Positions 7,677-17,441 of a stretch of DNA of 42,296 nucleotides are shown here, in pieces (position 1 is the stretch's first letter; each line of letters starts with the position of its first letter). The stretch covers positions 1-42,296 of IMG/VR virus record IMGVR_UViG_3300038314_001501, one strand, 5' to 3'. This stretch comes from a virus. Taxonomy: Duplodnaviria; Caudoviricetes. A program made the translations under genes and the position numbers. Below the pieces are notes generated by a model. It worked only from the letters and a program-made list of their open reading frames with translations. It ran no database searches and was not told the origin of the DNA.

Positions 7677-8808
7677 CTGATAACTCCAAAATGATTCTTT
7701 CCACGCCGCGCTGCACGGATATCTGCACCCCGACAATCTTCTTATTCCGTTCGATATCGTTGTACCGCGCTGTCACGAGGTCGCCCAGGAAGTAATCCCG
7801 CCCGTAAAGGGTAGCGGGGATCTGGAGACCGTTGAACCTGAAAACTTCCTTTGCCTGAAGACTCTCCAGGGCCTCATCGCCTATGGAATTGAGCCCGGCA
7901 ACGGCATCCTCGGTGTTACCCTGGCGTGGCCGTTCAATACGATTCCAGGTAGATTCAGCAATAGCAGCGGCATCGGTTCGTTCGACAAGTAATCTATCCG
8001 CCTCCTGGCCCTGACCCAATACAATAACGCTGGTAACTTCATCCCTGCGATCATTTGAGTAGAGTGGGATCTCCATATTACCCTGGGGCAGAGAGAAGAT
8101 AACGGGTGGATTGCCGGCTCCGTTGAGTCCCGTTGCGGGATCAAGCCCGGTGGTCGTCCTGTCATCGCCCCATGGGGAAGCCTGTGCCTGGAATTCAAAC
8201 GTGGCAGGCCCCGTGCCAATGATACCGAAATCAACATCCGAATCTCTCGCCACTTCAACCAGGATATCAAGTAAGATCCGATACGCCCGCGCACCAGTCC
8301 AGACCGCGCCAGCAGCGCCATCTGCTTGAATTGTAAGCCCAGCCATAACTCCCGCTGATAGTAATCTCGGCGGGGATGTAGCCCCGGGACCGGCGTTCTC
8401 GTCAACGAATTCCTTCATCACCGTCTCACCGACTGCGGCTTTGTCAGCCTGGGCACTTCCCGTTGCATAGAGAATAATCCGCCGCGCAAGGAGATGATCG
8501 TATCCCATGCCTATACTGGAGAAGGTAGCCCGGCCGTCGAGAGCGGTGCGTCTGACTTCCGTCCGGTGAAAGCCCTCATACTCAAGATAGATGGGGATCA
8601 CCGGGTCCGCCGCCAGGTCCGATCGCCACACTTCAATCTGTCCATCCAGAACGAACTCGTCGAGCACCGCAATATTCCCATCTATTTCAAGGGTGCAGCT
8701 ATCGACTCCATTCACTTTCCGATGGAACTTCAGGTCATACCAGTCAGTTAAGATGGCAACCTGGACACCTGCTAGATTCTTGAGCCTTACCTGATAACGC
8801 GGGGCCAT
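7660..8808 (-). CDS. Siphovirus minor tail/baseplate hub protein (ReqiPepy6 Gp37-like)
   Basis: VLGQGQEADR, YGRDYFLGDLVT motifs; position in the tail module. Confidence 0.8.
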   Translation of the reverse strand: MAPRYQVRLKNLAGVQVAILTDWYDLKFHRKVNGVDSCTLEIDGNIAVLDEFVLDGQIEVWRSDLAADPVIPIYLEYEGFHRTEVRRTALDGRATFSSIGMGYDHLLARRIILYATGSAQADKAAVGETVMKEFVDENAGPGATSPPRLLSAGVMAGLTIQADGAAGAVWTGARAYRILLDILVEVARDSDVDFGIIGTGPATFEFQAQASPWGDDRTTTGLDPATGLNGAGNPPVIFSLPQGNMEIPLYSNDRRDEVTSVIVLGQGQEADRLLVERTDAAAIAESTWNRIERPRQGNTEDAVAGLNSIGDEALESLQAKEVFRFNGLQIPATLYGRDYFLGDLVTARYNDIERNKKIVGVQISVQRGVERIILELSDVPLS

Positions 8809-9081
8809 CTATCTCTCCAGTTGTGCTACCCTGTTTGTGAGGTCGTCAATCTCAGTCTTCAAGTCCCTGGGCGGTTCCGGCTCAATATAGTCAGGGTTGG
8901 CTATCAGTTTCTTTTTGTCGGTATCATACAGCCATGTCTGCATCGGCTTATCGGGCAGCCCACGATCAAGAACCTTTACGACCTCTGCCTCTCTCCCCCT
9001 GTCGAGGTTCCCGAACCTATTGGCATCGGCACACCAGGCAGTCAGGACCTTAGTGTCTTTGTTGTATCTTATCTCAAGCAT
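8809..9081 (-). CDS. Hypothetical tail-associated protein
   Basis: GGAGG RBS; C-terminal coiled coil; follows the fibre-like gene. Confidence 0.6.
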   Translation of the reverse strand: MLEIRYNKDTKVLTAWCADANRFGNLDRGREAEVVKVLDRGLPDKPMQTWLYDTDKKKLIANPDYIEPEPPRDLKTEIDDLTNRVAQLER

Positions 9082-9090
9082 TGGACCCTC

Positions 9091-10113
9091 CTATATATAT
9101 CGAAAGACGACGCCGATCACATCAAAAGTACCCGCTGATATGGCATCCAAAATGAACTGTATCCCAACGAAGTCTTCGGCGAGCAGCCCAGTAAAGGCAG
9201 CCGAGATATCGACTTCCTCAATCTCATTGTTGGTCATCGCGAGTCCGTTCTGGGTGTCAGTATCGGAGTGCGTATTGAAGACCTCACCGATCGCTGCAAA
9301 GTCCGTGTTTGCCGTCCAGTCAATGGTGCCACTGGTAATTTTGATACCGAGAACTTTACAATGAATTAGAGAGACGAAGTCATGAGGTACCTTCAAGTTG
9401 GTAAAGATAGCATCAGGGGAACCATTCAATTGTTTTGCCTCAAACTCTCCCACAGCCACTGCTACTGCACCATTATCCCGATGGCCGTAAATGTCAATGA
9501 AGAACTCTTTCGCTGCCAAGTCAGCCCAAGTTCCGGCTATCCGACCTTGAAAGCTGCTGGTCGTTTCATTCCAGATCCTCATCCCATTGACTGCCGTCAT
9601 GGCATCCCGTTCAGCGGTAGTCATTGAGGGAATGCGTGTGTTGACTCTCTCCCGTTCATCGGTGAGTGTGACACCATTCCCAGGGAAGGCTACACTTGCC
9701 TGGAAGAGAGGGACATCCCAAGTCACACCATCGTTCTGCACCAGTGCCGGCACTCCGCCACCTTCCACACCACCAATCCTGGTAATCCTGATTGTCTGGG
9801 CAGCCCAGGATTTACGGAGCACAATCCTGTCGATGCGCGTGGCACCAGCTGGGTTGGGGAGTGCGACAGCTACGGCCACATCATTTTCATAGAAGCTCCC
9901 ATCGACAAGCGCCACCCCGGTGTCTACAGTGACTGGCGAGAATCCTGCCGCCGATGTCACATTCAATTCATTGAGGATATTGGAAAGAATCCCGGTGTCT
10001 GCGTCTGCCAATGCCCCCAGAAACCGCTCCCATATATCGGTCCAATTATCATCTGTGTAGGGGCCGGCATCACCGGTTGTTGTCCCTTCCCATGGTCTAC
10101 TTAATTCTGTCAT
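9091..10113 (-). CDS. Tail fibre/baseplate (receptor-binding candidate) protein
   Basis: RIDRIVLR baseplate motif, MTTAERDAM motif, beta-rich C-terminus; follows Dit. Confidence 0.65.
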   Translation of the reverse strand: MTELSRPWEGTTTGDAGPYTDDNWTDIWERFLGALADADTGILSNILNELNVTSAAGFSPVTVDTGVALVDGSFYENDVAVAVALPNPAGATRIDRIVLRKSWAAQTIRITRIGGVEGGGVPALVQNDGVTWDVPLFQASVAFPGNGVTLTDERERVNTRIPSMTTAERDAMTAVNGMRIWNETTSSFQGRIAGTWADLAAKEFFIDIYGHRDNGAVAVAVGEFEAKQLNGSPDAIFTNLKVPHDFVSLIHCKVLGIKITSGTIDWTANTDFAAIGEVFNTHSDTDTQNGLAMTNNEIEEVDISAAFTGLLAEDFVGIQFILDAISAGTFDVIGVVFRYI

Positions 10114-10122
10114 TTTATCACC

Positions 10123-11064
10123 TCATACGCCAAAATATCGGGTGAATGCCCGCAATTCTACAGAGGTTGTTCCAGGTTGAGTATTCCACCCTGTGATCGT
10201 AATGCTATTCACACCGCCGGGAGCTTCGGGGTCTGGAGCAATGTGCCACGTAGCCAAATCACTTTCACTGGTTACTACTCCAATGCGATTGACCCCATCA
10301 GCATCCACTACCGTCTTGACTCCATAGTTCAGGTCAATCGTAATAACATCGCCGGCGACAATATCATAATCCAATTCGATAACTTCACCAGTAGTGTTGT
10401 TGGTGATCGTGAAGTCGTTGAGCGGCCCTGTGACCACTATGATTGGATAGGTCTCCCATGTCCCTACATAGAGGAGGGCCGTTGTCTCATCGATGACACC
10501 GGCGCCAAACTCAATTGGGAAGGTAATGGGGAAGACCAGGGCACCGGCAACGACCCCGGGAGCCAATTCCGTATCGACCCGAGTGGGGTCAAATATAACA
10601 GGATCATGTGCAATGAACCTCAGGACCTCCTGGAATGCCCACTCATCCCAGCCCGTCCGGTTCCGCGGCTCAAACCTCGGCCCTACGCTTATGAACACGT
10701 TGAGGTCTCTAATTGTGCCATCTGATTCAATACGGCGTAATTGCCCCGGCTCGGCGCCAGTCGGAGTGGTCTGGCGGTTCGGCCGGATAGCATCGAGGAG
10801 TAGAGCTCGACCACCCCACCACTCATCACGATTGCAGAACTGTTGGCGTATCAGCATCTGAATTACCCGAGGTCTGAGGAAGAAATCCCGGACAGTCTCA
10901 CCATGCTGGAAGGGACCTCTCTGTGTGATATAGTCAATCGGAGGAGTGCCCCATCCCGATTCGGAGAGCACCCATCGCCCATATCCCGATGGTATGTGGA
11001 ATTGATACTCCTCGCCATCGGCTGAGATGTAACTGGTGAATTCCTTTGTCTCTTCCATCGACAT
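10123..11064 (-). CDS. Distal tail protein (Dit-like)
   Basis: Directly after the tape measure gene; GWGTPPI...GPFQHG, FIAHDP, FPITFP motifs. Confidence 0.8.
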   Translation of the reverse strand: MSMEETKEFTSYISADGEEYQFHIPSGYGRWVLSESGWGTPPIDYITQRGPFQHGETVRDFFLRPRVIQMLIRQQFCNRDEWWGGRALLLDAIRPNRQTTPTGAEPGQLRRIESDGTIRDLNVFISVGPRFEPRNRTGWDEWAFQEVLRFIAHDPVIFDPTRVDTELAPGVVAGALVFPITFPIEFGAGVIDETTALLYVGTWETYPIIVVTGPLNDFTITNNTTGEVIELDYDIVAGDVITIDLNYGVKTVVDADGVNRIGVVTSESDLATWHIAPDPEAPGGVNSITITGWNTQPGTTSVELRAFTRYFGV

Positions 11065-11066
11065 GG

Positions 11067-13094
11067 TTAATTCTCCGCCAGTAAGGTTAAGGCTTCCAGG
11101 TCAAGCGCTATGCTGGCTGGATCCTGAGGATTGGTATAATTTGCTTCGACATTGAAGGTATTATTGTTTGTTACCGAACCTGTCGAAGGCCCTATCGGGA
11201 TCGGTGCTACTACTTCACCACTTAATACTCTGAATACGTCCATTGTGATTTTTCCCTTTCTCAGAGCATCTAACAGAGAGTCAAGAGTCCTTTCTACACG
11301 TAGTGCCTCGATATCCTTTGCCTCCTCCTCTGCAGCCAACCGAGCCTCACGGTCTCTAGTCCTTTTTGCACGTAGCGCCTCAATGTCCACTCCCTCCTTC
11401 TCTTCAGCCAGGCGTTCATCACGATCCCTGCTTTGCTTCTCCCGTACCTGTTGCCGTTCTTGAAGCGTGTCGATTCTAGGGATCTGGGGTATCCTGATGC
11501 CGATTAGCCCCAAAACAGCATTGATCCCAACGATGAGTCCATTCAGGTAGTCAATGACATTATTGATCTTATCCTTCAGGAAGGAAGCGATATTATTCCA
11601 TATCTTCTTCATACCTGTCTGGAGAGTTTCCCAGTGTCTTGAGAGAAGGATGACCGCAGCAATCACGGCACCAATAGCCGCCACTATGCCGACGATCGTC
11701 AGCACCACAGGGTTTGCTATCATCGCCCAGAACGCAGTGTTGACCAAGGCAATACTAGAAGCCAAACTCGGTAAAATGATCAGAAGCGGGCCGAGCACCG
11801 CAGCCAATACGCCTACCGCAGCAGTCACTTTTACTATCGTCAAGAACAATTCTGGGTTTCTTTTAATCCAAGCGCCAATCCTAACAAGAATCTTATCAAC
11901 CTGATCAATGATTTCTTCCAGTATCGCCGCTTGATCCTTAATGGCGTCGAACAATTCTGGGTTTCTTTTAATCCAATCGCCAATCCTAGTAAGAATCTTA
12001 TCAACCTGATCAATGACTGGGTCCAAAGCTCCGCTAAGATTTTTCCCTATCTCTATAGCAATGTCCTTAATTTGAGCTTCGAGTTCAGAGAATTGTCGCG
12101 TAGTTCCTTTGTTTATCTCATTTAAGGCATCAGTTGCTGCACCAAGGCCCTCCGTTGCCGTCTGCATTGCTTCCAGATCATCAGCGGCTGTCTGGGCATT
12201 TTGCCCTGTGACTCCTAATATGGCGTTCAGTCCCTCAACCCTACCAAAAGCTTCCGCAAGAACTGTATTATTATTGTCAGCAGCCTCGCGCAGACGAGCC
12301 ATCGTACCAGCAAAACCGAATGTTTGCAGGGCAGCCTCACCAGTCCCAACGCCCATTTTATTAAGAAGTACGACCATCCCGTCAGTGGGTTTTGTCAGGG
12401 CAACTAGAGCACTTCTGATCTGAGTCATCGCCACCGATGTGGGGGCACCCTGTTTCGTCAGGGTGGCGACAGCTCCTGCAATATCCTCAAACTTAAGTCC
12501 TAAAGTAGCAGCGATAGGCGCCACGATTGCCATGCCAGATGATAATTCTCCGAATGTGGTTTTACCCAGCTTTACTGTTTGGAACATAACATCGGCGACT
12601 TTCTTAGTATCGTCCAACGGTAGCTTGAAGGCGTTTATGACTGTAGTCAATCCGTCAACTGCGGTCGCTGTATCCGTGATACCAGCTATTCCTGCCTTCG
12701 TTGCTATCTCCAAAAAATCAAGAGCACTCCCCTCCGGCACGCCAGCGGAGATAGTCTGATAAAGTGCTTTTGTCGATTCAACAGCATCAACTCCGAGAGT
12801 CCGTGCAAGTTCACGCACCTGTTTACTCATAGCGTTAAACTGATCTTTACTCAGGTTGACCAGGGACGCGACTTCCCTCATCCCAGCTTCAAAATCAGCG
12901 AACATTTTGATAGACACGGCACCAACGCCTAAAATGGAAGCACCAATAGCCGTCATCCCCGCGCCGATAGCTTTACTGTGCTTGAGGATATTCTTTCTCA
13001 AGCCACCAACCGTCCTATCGACGTTACCCATCGAGGTCTTGAATTTACCCTGGCCCTCAACGACGAGTTTGACCCCTACATCCTTCAGCGCCAT
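11067..13094 (-). CDS. Tail tape measure protein (TP901 family)
   Basis: FADFEAGMREV, ALYQTISAG, TVKLGKTTFGELS motifs; TM segments. Confidence 0.92.
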   Translation of the reverse strand: MALKDVGVKLVVEGQGKFKTSMGNVDRTVGGLRKNILKHSKAIGAGMTAIGASILGVGAVSIKMFADFEAGMREVASLVNLSKDQFNAMSKQVRELARTLGVDAVESTKALYQTISAGVPEGSALDFLEIATKAGIAGITDTATAVDGLTTVINAFKLPLDDTKKVADVMFQTVKLGKTTFGELSSGMAIVAPIAATLGLKFEDIAGAVATLTKQGAPTSVAMTQIRSALVALTKPTDGMVVLLNKMGVGTGEAALQTFGFAGTMARLREAADNNNTVLAEAFGRVEGLNAILGVTGQNAQTAADDLEAMQTATEGLGAATDALNEINKGTTRQFSELEAQIKDIAIEIGKNLSGALDPVIDQVDKILTRIGDWIKRNPELFDAIKDQAAILEEIIDQVDKILVRIGAWIKRNPELFLTIVKVTAAVGVLAAVLGPLLIILPSLASSIALVNTAFWAMIANPVVLTIVGIVAAIGAVIAAVILLSRHWETLQTGMKKIWNNIASFLKDKINNVIDYLNGLIVGINAVLGLIGIRIPQIPRIDTLQERQQVREKQSRDRDERLAEEKEGVDIEALRAKRTRDREARLAAEEEAKDIEALRVERTLDSLLDALRKGKITMDVFRVLSGEVVAPIPIGPSTGSVTNNNTFNVEANYTNPQDPASIALDLEALTLLAEN
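11844..12016. repeat. Imperfect 68-bp direct repeat (105-bp period) inside the tape measure gene
   Basis: 11844-11911 vs 11949-12016; encodes IDQVDKIL.RIG.WIKRNPELF twice. Confidence 0.85.
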
Positions 13095-13395
13095 CTATTT
13101 CCTCTTTCCTTTTGCGGCTATTCTTTTCTGATCCCTTTCAACCCTATCCGTCACCGCATCATTCTTATGGAGATCTACCAGTTTGGTAAACCGGTAATGG
13201 GCGACATGCATCGCCCTTTCCATATACTCAAGCTGCCTCCAGTCAGTGAAGTTGTAGTTAGCATCTTTCATCGCCTCCAGTTCCTCATAGAAAGGAACCA
13301 GAGAAGGTAAAAACCTCCCGAAGGTTATGTTCGTATTGACGCTATGCTTTACTTGATGCAGCTCGATTGGCTCTCCGTTCCGCTCGATTCCGAAA
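13095..13395 (-). CDS. Tail assembly chaperone C-terminal extension (G-T type, frameshift product)
   Basis: ORF in the +1 frame overlapping the chaperone end and abutting the TMP start; candidate slip site TTT CGG at 13395-13390. Confidence 0.6.
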
Positions 13396-13881
13396 CATGG
13401 TCGCCGATTCGGCCACATCCTCCTCACTGACTCCGGCTCCCTTTGAACAAGCCATGATCAGAGAATTGATATCCTCCTCTGAGGAAGCGGCGTAGAGTTT
13501 GATCCATGATAAAAGCCTTTCATCACTGCCTTTACTACCAGAGACCTCTACACGGACCTTCGCCAACTGCCCAGCCCAGATGTCACCGTCCGGCTTATCC
13601 ATGCCTTCAGGAACCGAATCCAAACCAACACCTAACACAATGATTGCATCAATTATCTCCTCAGTCAGTTCAGCTTCCCAATCCTCTACAGCAGCAATGT
13701 AATCAGGATCATTCGGATTCGGCTCCTCTCTGTCCTTGTCTTCGATAAAGATGACCGGGACCTTGGGGCGACTGGCAGCCATCCGGCTCTTAATCGCCCC
13801 CAGAACCATCACCGGGACATCTTTGATCTTGAATACCACACCGGTACTCAACGTGATTTTGCCGTCTTTTACCTCATGCAT
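13342..13881 (-). CDS. Tail assembly chaperone
   Basis: Lies between the tail tube and TMP; PNPNDPDY motif; GGAGG RBS. Confidence 0.7.
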   Translation of the reverse strand: MHEVKDGKITLSTGVVFKIKDVPVMVLGAIKSRMAASRPKVPVIFIEDKDREEPNPNDPDYIAAVEDWEAELTEEIIDAIIVLGVGLDSVPEGMDKPDGDIWAGQLAKVRVEVSGSKGSDERLLSWIKLYAASSEEDINSLIMACSKGAGVSEEDVAESATMFRNRAERRANRAASSKA

Positions 13882-13904
13882 AAAAGAATCCTCCGTTATT
13901 TATT

Positions 13905-15404
13905 CTAAGCCCCTTTCAGGATTATGCCATCAGCACCATCGTCAGCCAAGCCGCCGGCGTAGATGATATTCGGGTTGACCGTACAGATGGCGATCTCATT
14001 GATCCGGTCATTGGCCGGGAGAGTTATGTTGCCTTCCGGCGAGACATACCAGTCGAAGCCACCGCTTATCGACCGGAGTATCCGCCCTGCTGTGGGGGTA
14101 CCCGTTGCGGCGATCCAGCCAACGGTCGGAGTGCTGAACTTGATATCCTCAATGGACGTGATCGTTGCCTGACCGGGGAGTACCTTCTGCGTCCAGTTCA
14201 GCCCGGCATCAAGGGTGTACCACACCGTCCCATCAGCGCAGCCAACGAACCATTCATCAGGTCCGCGCATCCAGACAGCGGTGAGATTGACACCAGCGTT
14301 GGGGCCGTTAGCAGCCGGAGTCCACGTATCGCCACCATTCCGGGTGACTATAATGGCGTTGTTCACGCCCACAGCTACCAGGTTATTGATGTCGTAGCCA
14401 TGGATAGCCAGCAAGTTCTCGGTGGTCTCGCTGCCGGCGGTCTGCAAGACTACGCCTGCCGTCGGGTCATCGGTGAAGTAGACATAGCCATTCTCGCCCA
14501 CGATCCACGTATGCCTCGGGCTGAGACTGATGATGGCTAAGGGCGAACCAATGGCATCAAACCCTTCGGTGACTTCGGCCCAGACCTCCGTTCCCTCCAG
14601 GATATCTGCCTTCGCCGCGTAGTGAAGGGAATCTTCATCAGCAGAGATGACGATCAGGTTCTCGCCCACGCAGGCTAAGTCGCTCGGGTCCCTGCCAGCG
14701 GGGAGCGTGGTGATGCTCGTTTCTCCCCATGTAAGCCCAGCGTTTCCAGTAAAGATGATCTCCGCCCCAGCTCCAGGGGAAGCTCCAATCGAAGCAGTCA
14801 GGGCAAAGACCACCTCGCATCCATCCGAGGGAGTTGCGCAGGTGCCGCATGAGATCGCATCGCAGACTATGATAGCAATCACCTCGAGTTCTGCTTCAGT
14901 GCCAGCATGCTCTTCGTACGCCATCTTGAGGATCTCATAGAGTTCCTCCCCTCGGAACGGCATCTCCTCGTTGATCGGGTTCTGGTCACCCTGCTCCAAG
15001 GCACCCAGATCGGCGATGGAATAGTCACCGGGTTGCGCTCCTTCTAGGACGAGAATCTTGTCCCATGCGTTGAGGTAGTCCTGCGGATCCTTGCAACGAC
15101 CGACATGAATCTGTAGATCCACGTCGCAACCACGGTTCAGAAACGCCAACAGGTCAGAGGCGTCCTGCATGTACCTCGCGGTAATCGTTAGTTCAGGTAA
15201 GCCGATCTCCCCAGGTATTTTGTCGACCACTTTGAATGCACCGAATTGGTTTGGATCCGGGCAAGTGACTATAGTAGGTTCCCCTTTCGGTCTGGTTAGT
15301 GAGCCGGCCTTCCAGCATCCCTGATATATTGGGGCGTTGGGCGGGCCTGCCCTGTTCTTAATGGACCAGACGCGGGTTTCAGCGGTGTTCGGATAGATAG
15401 GCAT
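13905..15404 (-). CDS. Major tail/tube-like protein fused to a BNR/YCF48-like beta-propeller
   Basis: Position upstream of the chaperone; Asp-box-like repeats (TRNGGDTW, TLDAGLNW, SISGGFDW, TGNAGLTW). Confidence 0.65.
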   Translation of the reverse strand: MPIYPNTAETRVWSIKNRAGPPNAPIYQGCWKAGSLTRPKGEPTIVTCPDPNQFGAFKVVDKIPGEIGLPELTITARYMQDASDLLAFLNRGCDVDLQIHVGRCKDPQDYLNAWDKILVLEGAQPGDYSIADLGALEQGDQNPINEEMPFRGEELYEILKMAYEEHAGTEAELEVIAIIVCDAISCGTCATPSDGCEVVFALTASIGASPGAGAEIIFTGNAGLTWGETSITTLPAGRDPSDLACVGENLIVISADEDSLHYAAKADILEGTEVWAEVTEGFDAIGSPLAIISLSPRHTWIVGENGYVYFTDDPTAGVVLQTAGSETTENLLAIHGYDINNLVAVGVNNAIIVTRNGGDTWTPAANGPNAGVNLTAVWMRGPDEWFVGCADGTVWYTLDAGLNWTQKVLPGQATITSIEDIKFSTPTVGWIAATGTPTAGRILRSISGGFDWYVSPEGNITLPANDRINEIAICTVNPNIIYAGGLADDGADGIILKGA

Positions 15405-15697
15405 TATTCTTTTGCCTCCTTGTATAGATTTGTGATCTTCTGCACATCAAGGCGGAGTACTGCCTTGAGTGCTGACGCTATGTCATCTGGTCTACGTCGC
15501 ACATCGACCAGCTTGAACAATTTGCGATCGAATAATTGGTTATTCAATTTGACCTCATACTCGATTGGTAATTCTAACACACTGAGGTCCGGCGGGCCAA
15601 TCACCACGCCGCTCTCGGGCATGTCTTGATATTCCTCAGGCAACTCAACGAGGTATTTTCTCCCCTCCTCATCCTCATGTCCTATTCTGATAATCAT
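15404..15697 (-). CDS. Hypothetical virion-associated protein
   Basis: Coupled overlaps with its neighbours. Confidence 0.6.
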   Translation of the reverse strand: MIIRIGHEDEEGRKYLVELPEEYQDMPESGVVIGPPDLSVLELPIEYEVKLNNQLFDRKLFKLVDVRRRPDDIASALKAVLRLDVQKITNLYKEAKE

Positions 15698-16968
15698 CAG
15701 TATCTCACTGGCGAGGCCAGCCTCCTATCTCTTTCTCTGATCATGTTCCAGGCAAACTGTGCCCCTCTCGATGTACCGAGCGGGTTGTTCAGCACATCGT
15801 CGGATAATTGAAAGCTCGAGCCCTGCGCAGTCTGCCGAGCCAAGTCCTCCCTCCACTTATCAGCAACGCCTTTGACCGGTGCGCAATCGCAGATATCTCT
15901 ATCGAGTAGTGCCAAGGCATAGAAGGCAACCGCCCTCTCCCACTGTGGATCCATCTGGACTACGGGTCTGTCAAGGGACATATCCTGGAGACCAGCTCGA
16001 TAGTACATCAATAATTGGTCGGGGTTCCTGCCGCACGAAAGCGCCGCCGAAACAAACGCCTCAGTATCTTCGTCAAACGTGGCGGGTCGATACATCAACA
16101 ACCCAGCTTCGTAGTCTTTTGGCATCAGGCAACCGGTCTGTGTCCCTTGACCACACACCGGGCAGCACGTGCTACCGCCGGTACAACCGCAATTAAACAG
16201 ATTGGGATCCCAGATAAGTGTCACCTGAGTCGCTGGAGCATTGAACCGCCGGTATACGTCGACCGTCTCCAGGAAGCTCGGATCAGCGGCGGCGCCCGCT
16301 GCCACAACGGCCTCTGGTTGGAGAGCCTCTATCAAGTCAGGTAAGACAAGTTGGTGCTTCCACATCGTTATCGTGGCTACACCCGCAGATATTGACACAG
16401 AGTGGAGCGGTCTAATCTCCCAGACATCGGCTCCGCCTTCTCCCGGGTAGAATACCGCCAGTTCATTCTCGTCGGTGACTGTAGTGGCGAATGATATTGT
16501 TGCTGTCTCAAAGTAACCATCAAGATCTTCGTCAGTGTAAGCAACTGCAATGGCAGCTCCGTTCGGTTCTACTACCTTGGATTCCTGACCGCCCTCTAAG
16601 AAGTGACCCCATTTGGCTCTGATAGCTAAGTGAAAGCCTCTCGGATCGATGGTTGTGAAGCGCAGGAGTTCAGGGTTGGATGGCTTGGGAGTCCTCGTCC
16701 TCTCGGTTGATTCCCAAACTGGTAGCAGCTTATACCCTAGATTCTGCGCTATCGTTCTCTCTGCTTGCTGGATGGCATCGGCGACATCAAACCGCCCTAC
16801 CGAATCAGATTCCTGCCATGAGTACTGCTTCCAGACTTTGGCACAGCTTGTCTCCGGCTTGACAGTAGTAGTGACCTGGCGGAAGTGCCTCGGGTCCATC
16901 CCGATTATCTCAGCCCATCTATCAATGGGGAGTAATGTTCTAGGAAAGTTCCTCTGTATTGACATCAT
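15697..16968 (-). CDS. Putative head-tail connector/structural protein
   Basis: Long ORF between the head and tail modules; AIQQAERTIAQNLGY adaptor-like segment. Confidence 0.55.
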   Translation of the reverse strand: MMSIQRNFPRTLLPIDRWAEIIGMDPRHFRQVTTTVKPETSCAKVWKQYSWQESDSVGRFDVADAIQQAERTIAQNLGYKLLPVWESTERTRTPKPSNPELLRFTTIDPRGFHLAIRAKWGHFLEGGQESKVVEPNGAAIAVAYTDEDLDGYFETATISFATTVTDENELAVFYPGEGGADVWEIRPLHSVSISAGVATITMWKHQLVLPDLIEALQPEAVVAAGAAADPSFLETVDVYRRFNAPATQVTLIWDPNLFNCGCTGGSTCCPVCGQGTQTGCLMPKDYEAGLLMYRPATFDEDTEAFVSAALSCGRNPDQLLMYYRAGLQDMSLDRPVVQMDPQWERAVAFYALALLDRDICDCAPVKGVADKWREDLARQTAQGSSFQLSDDVLNNPLGTSRGAQFAWNMIRERDRRLASPVRY

Positions 16969-17129
16969 TCACTCCTAGACCGGATCATCGTATTCATGGA
17001 TCCCAACGAAGAACTCGAGCTCATCGGTATTGGTGGCGTTCTTGACTCTGATCCATACCTTGTCCACCCCTGCTACAAAGAGAAGCCCCTGTGCTCTCCC
17101 CTGAATTCTCTACGGGAAGTTCTGGCATT

Positions 17130-17441
17130 TCAACCTCCTCGCACCCTCTCTACTATTATACCACCTGTTGACAACCCCAGTATCCAAACGAGAAATGGAG
17201 CGTAAATCCACAGCACATAGACAACCACGGCCGTCCAAAGACTCATGCACCACAGGCACGTAAAGAGCTTCGGCAGAGTCTTGTCAGGTATCTGGGCCAC
17301 AGTGCCGTCATCGTGATGGCTGACTCCCGTTAGAGATCGTATTCGCCGGAAGACGTTAAACAGCCCATCCTCCGAGACGAATAGGCTGGCCAGCCTCCAG
17401 GTGGCTAGAACCATAATTAATAGTTCCCAAAAGTCTACCAT
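17130..17441 (-). CDS. DUF1360-like membrane protein
   Basis: LATWRLASLFVSEDG.F...R, LFTCLWCMSLW motif. Confidence 0.75.
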   Translation of the reverse strand: MVDFWELLIMVLATWRLASLFVSEDGLFNVFRRIRSLTGVSHHDDGTVAQIPDKTLPKLFTCLWCMSLWTAVVVYVLWIYAPFLVWILGLSTGGIIVERVRGG

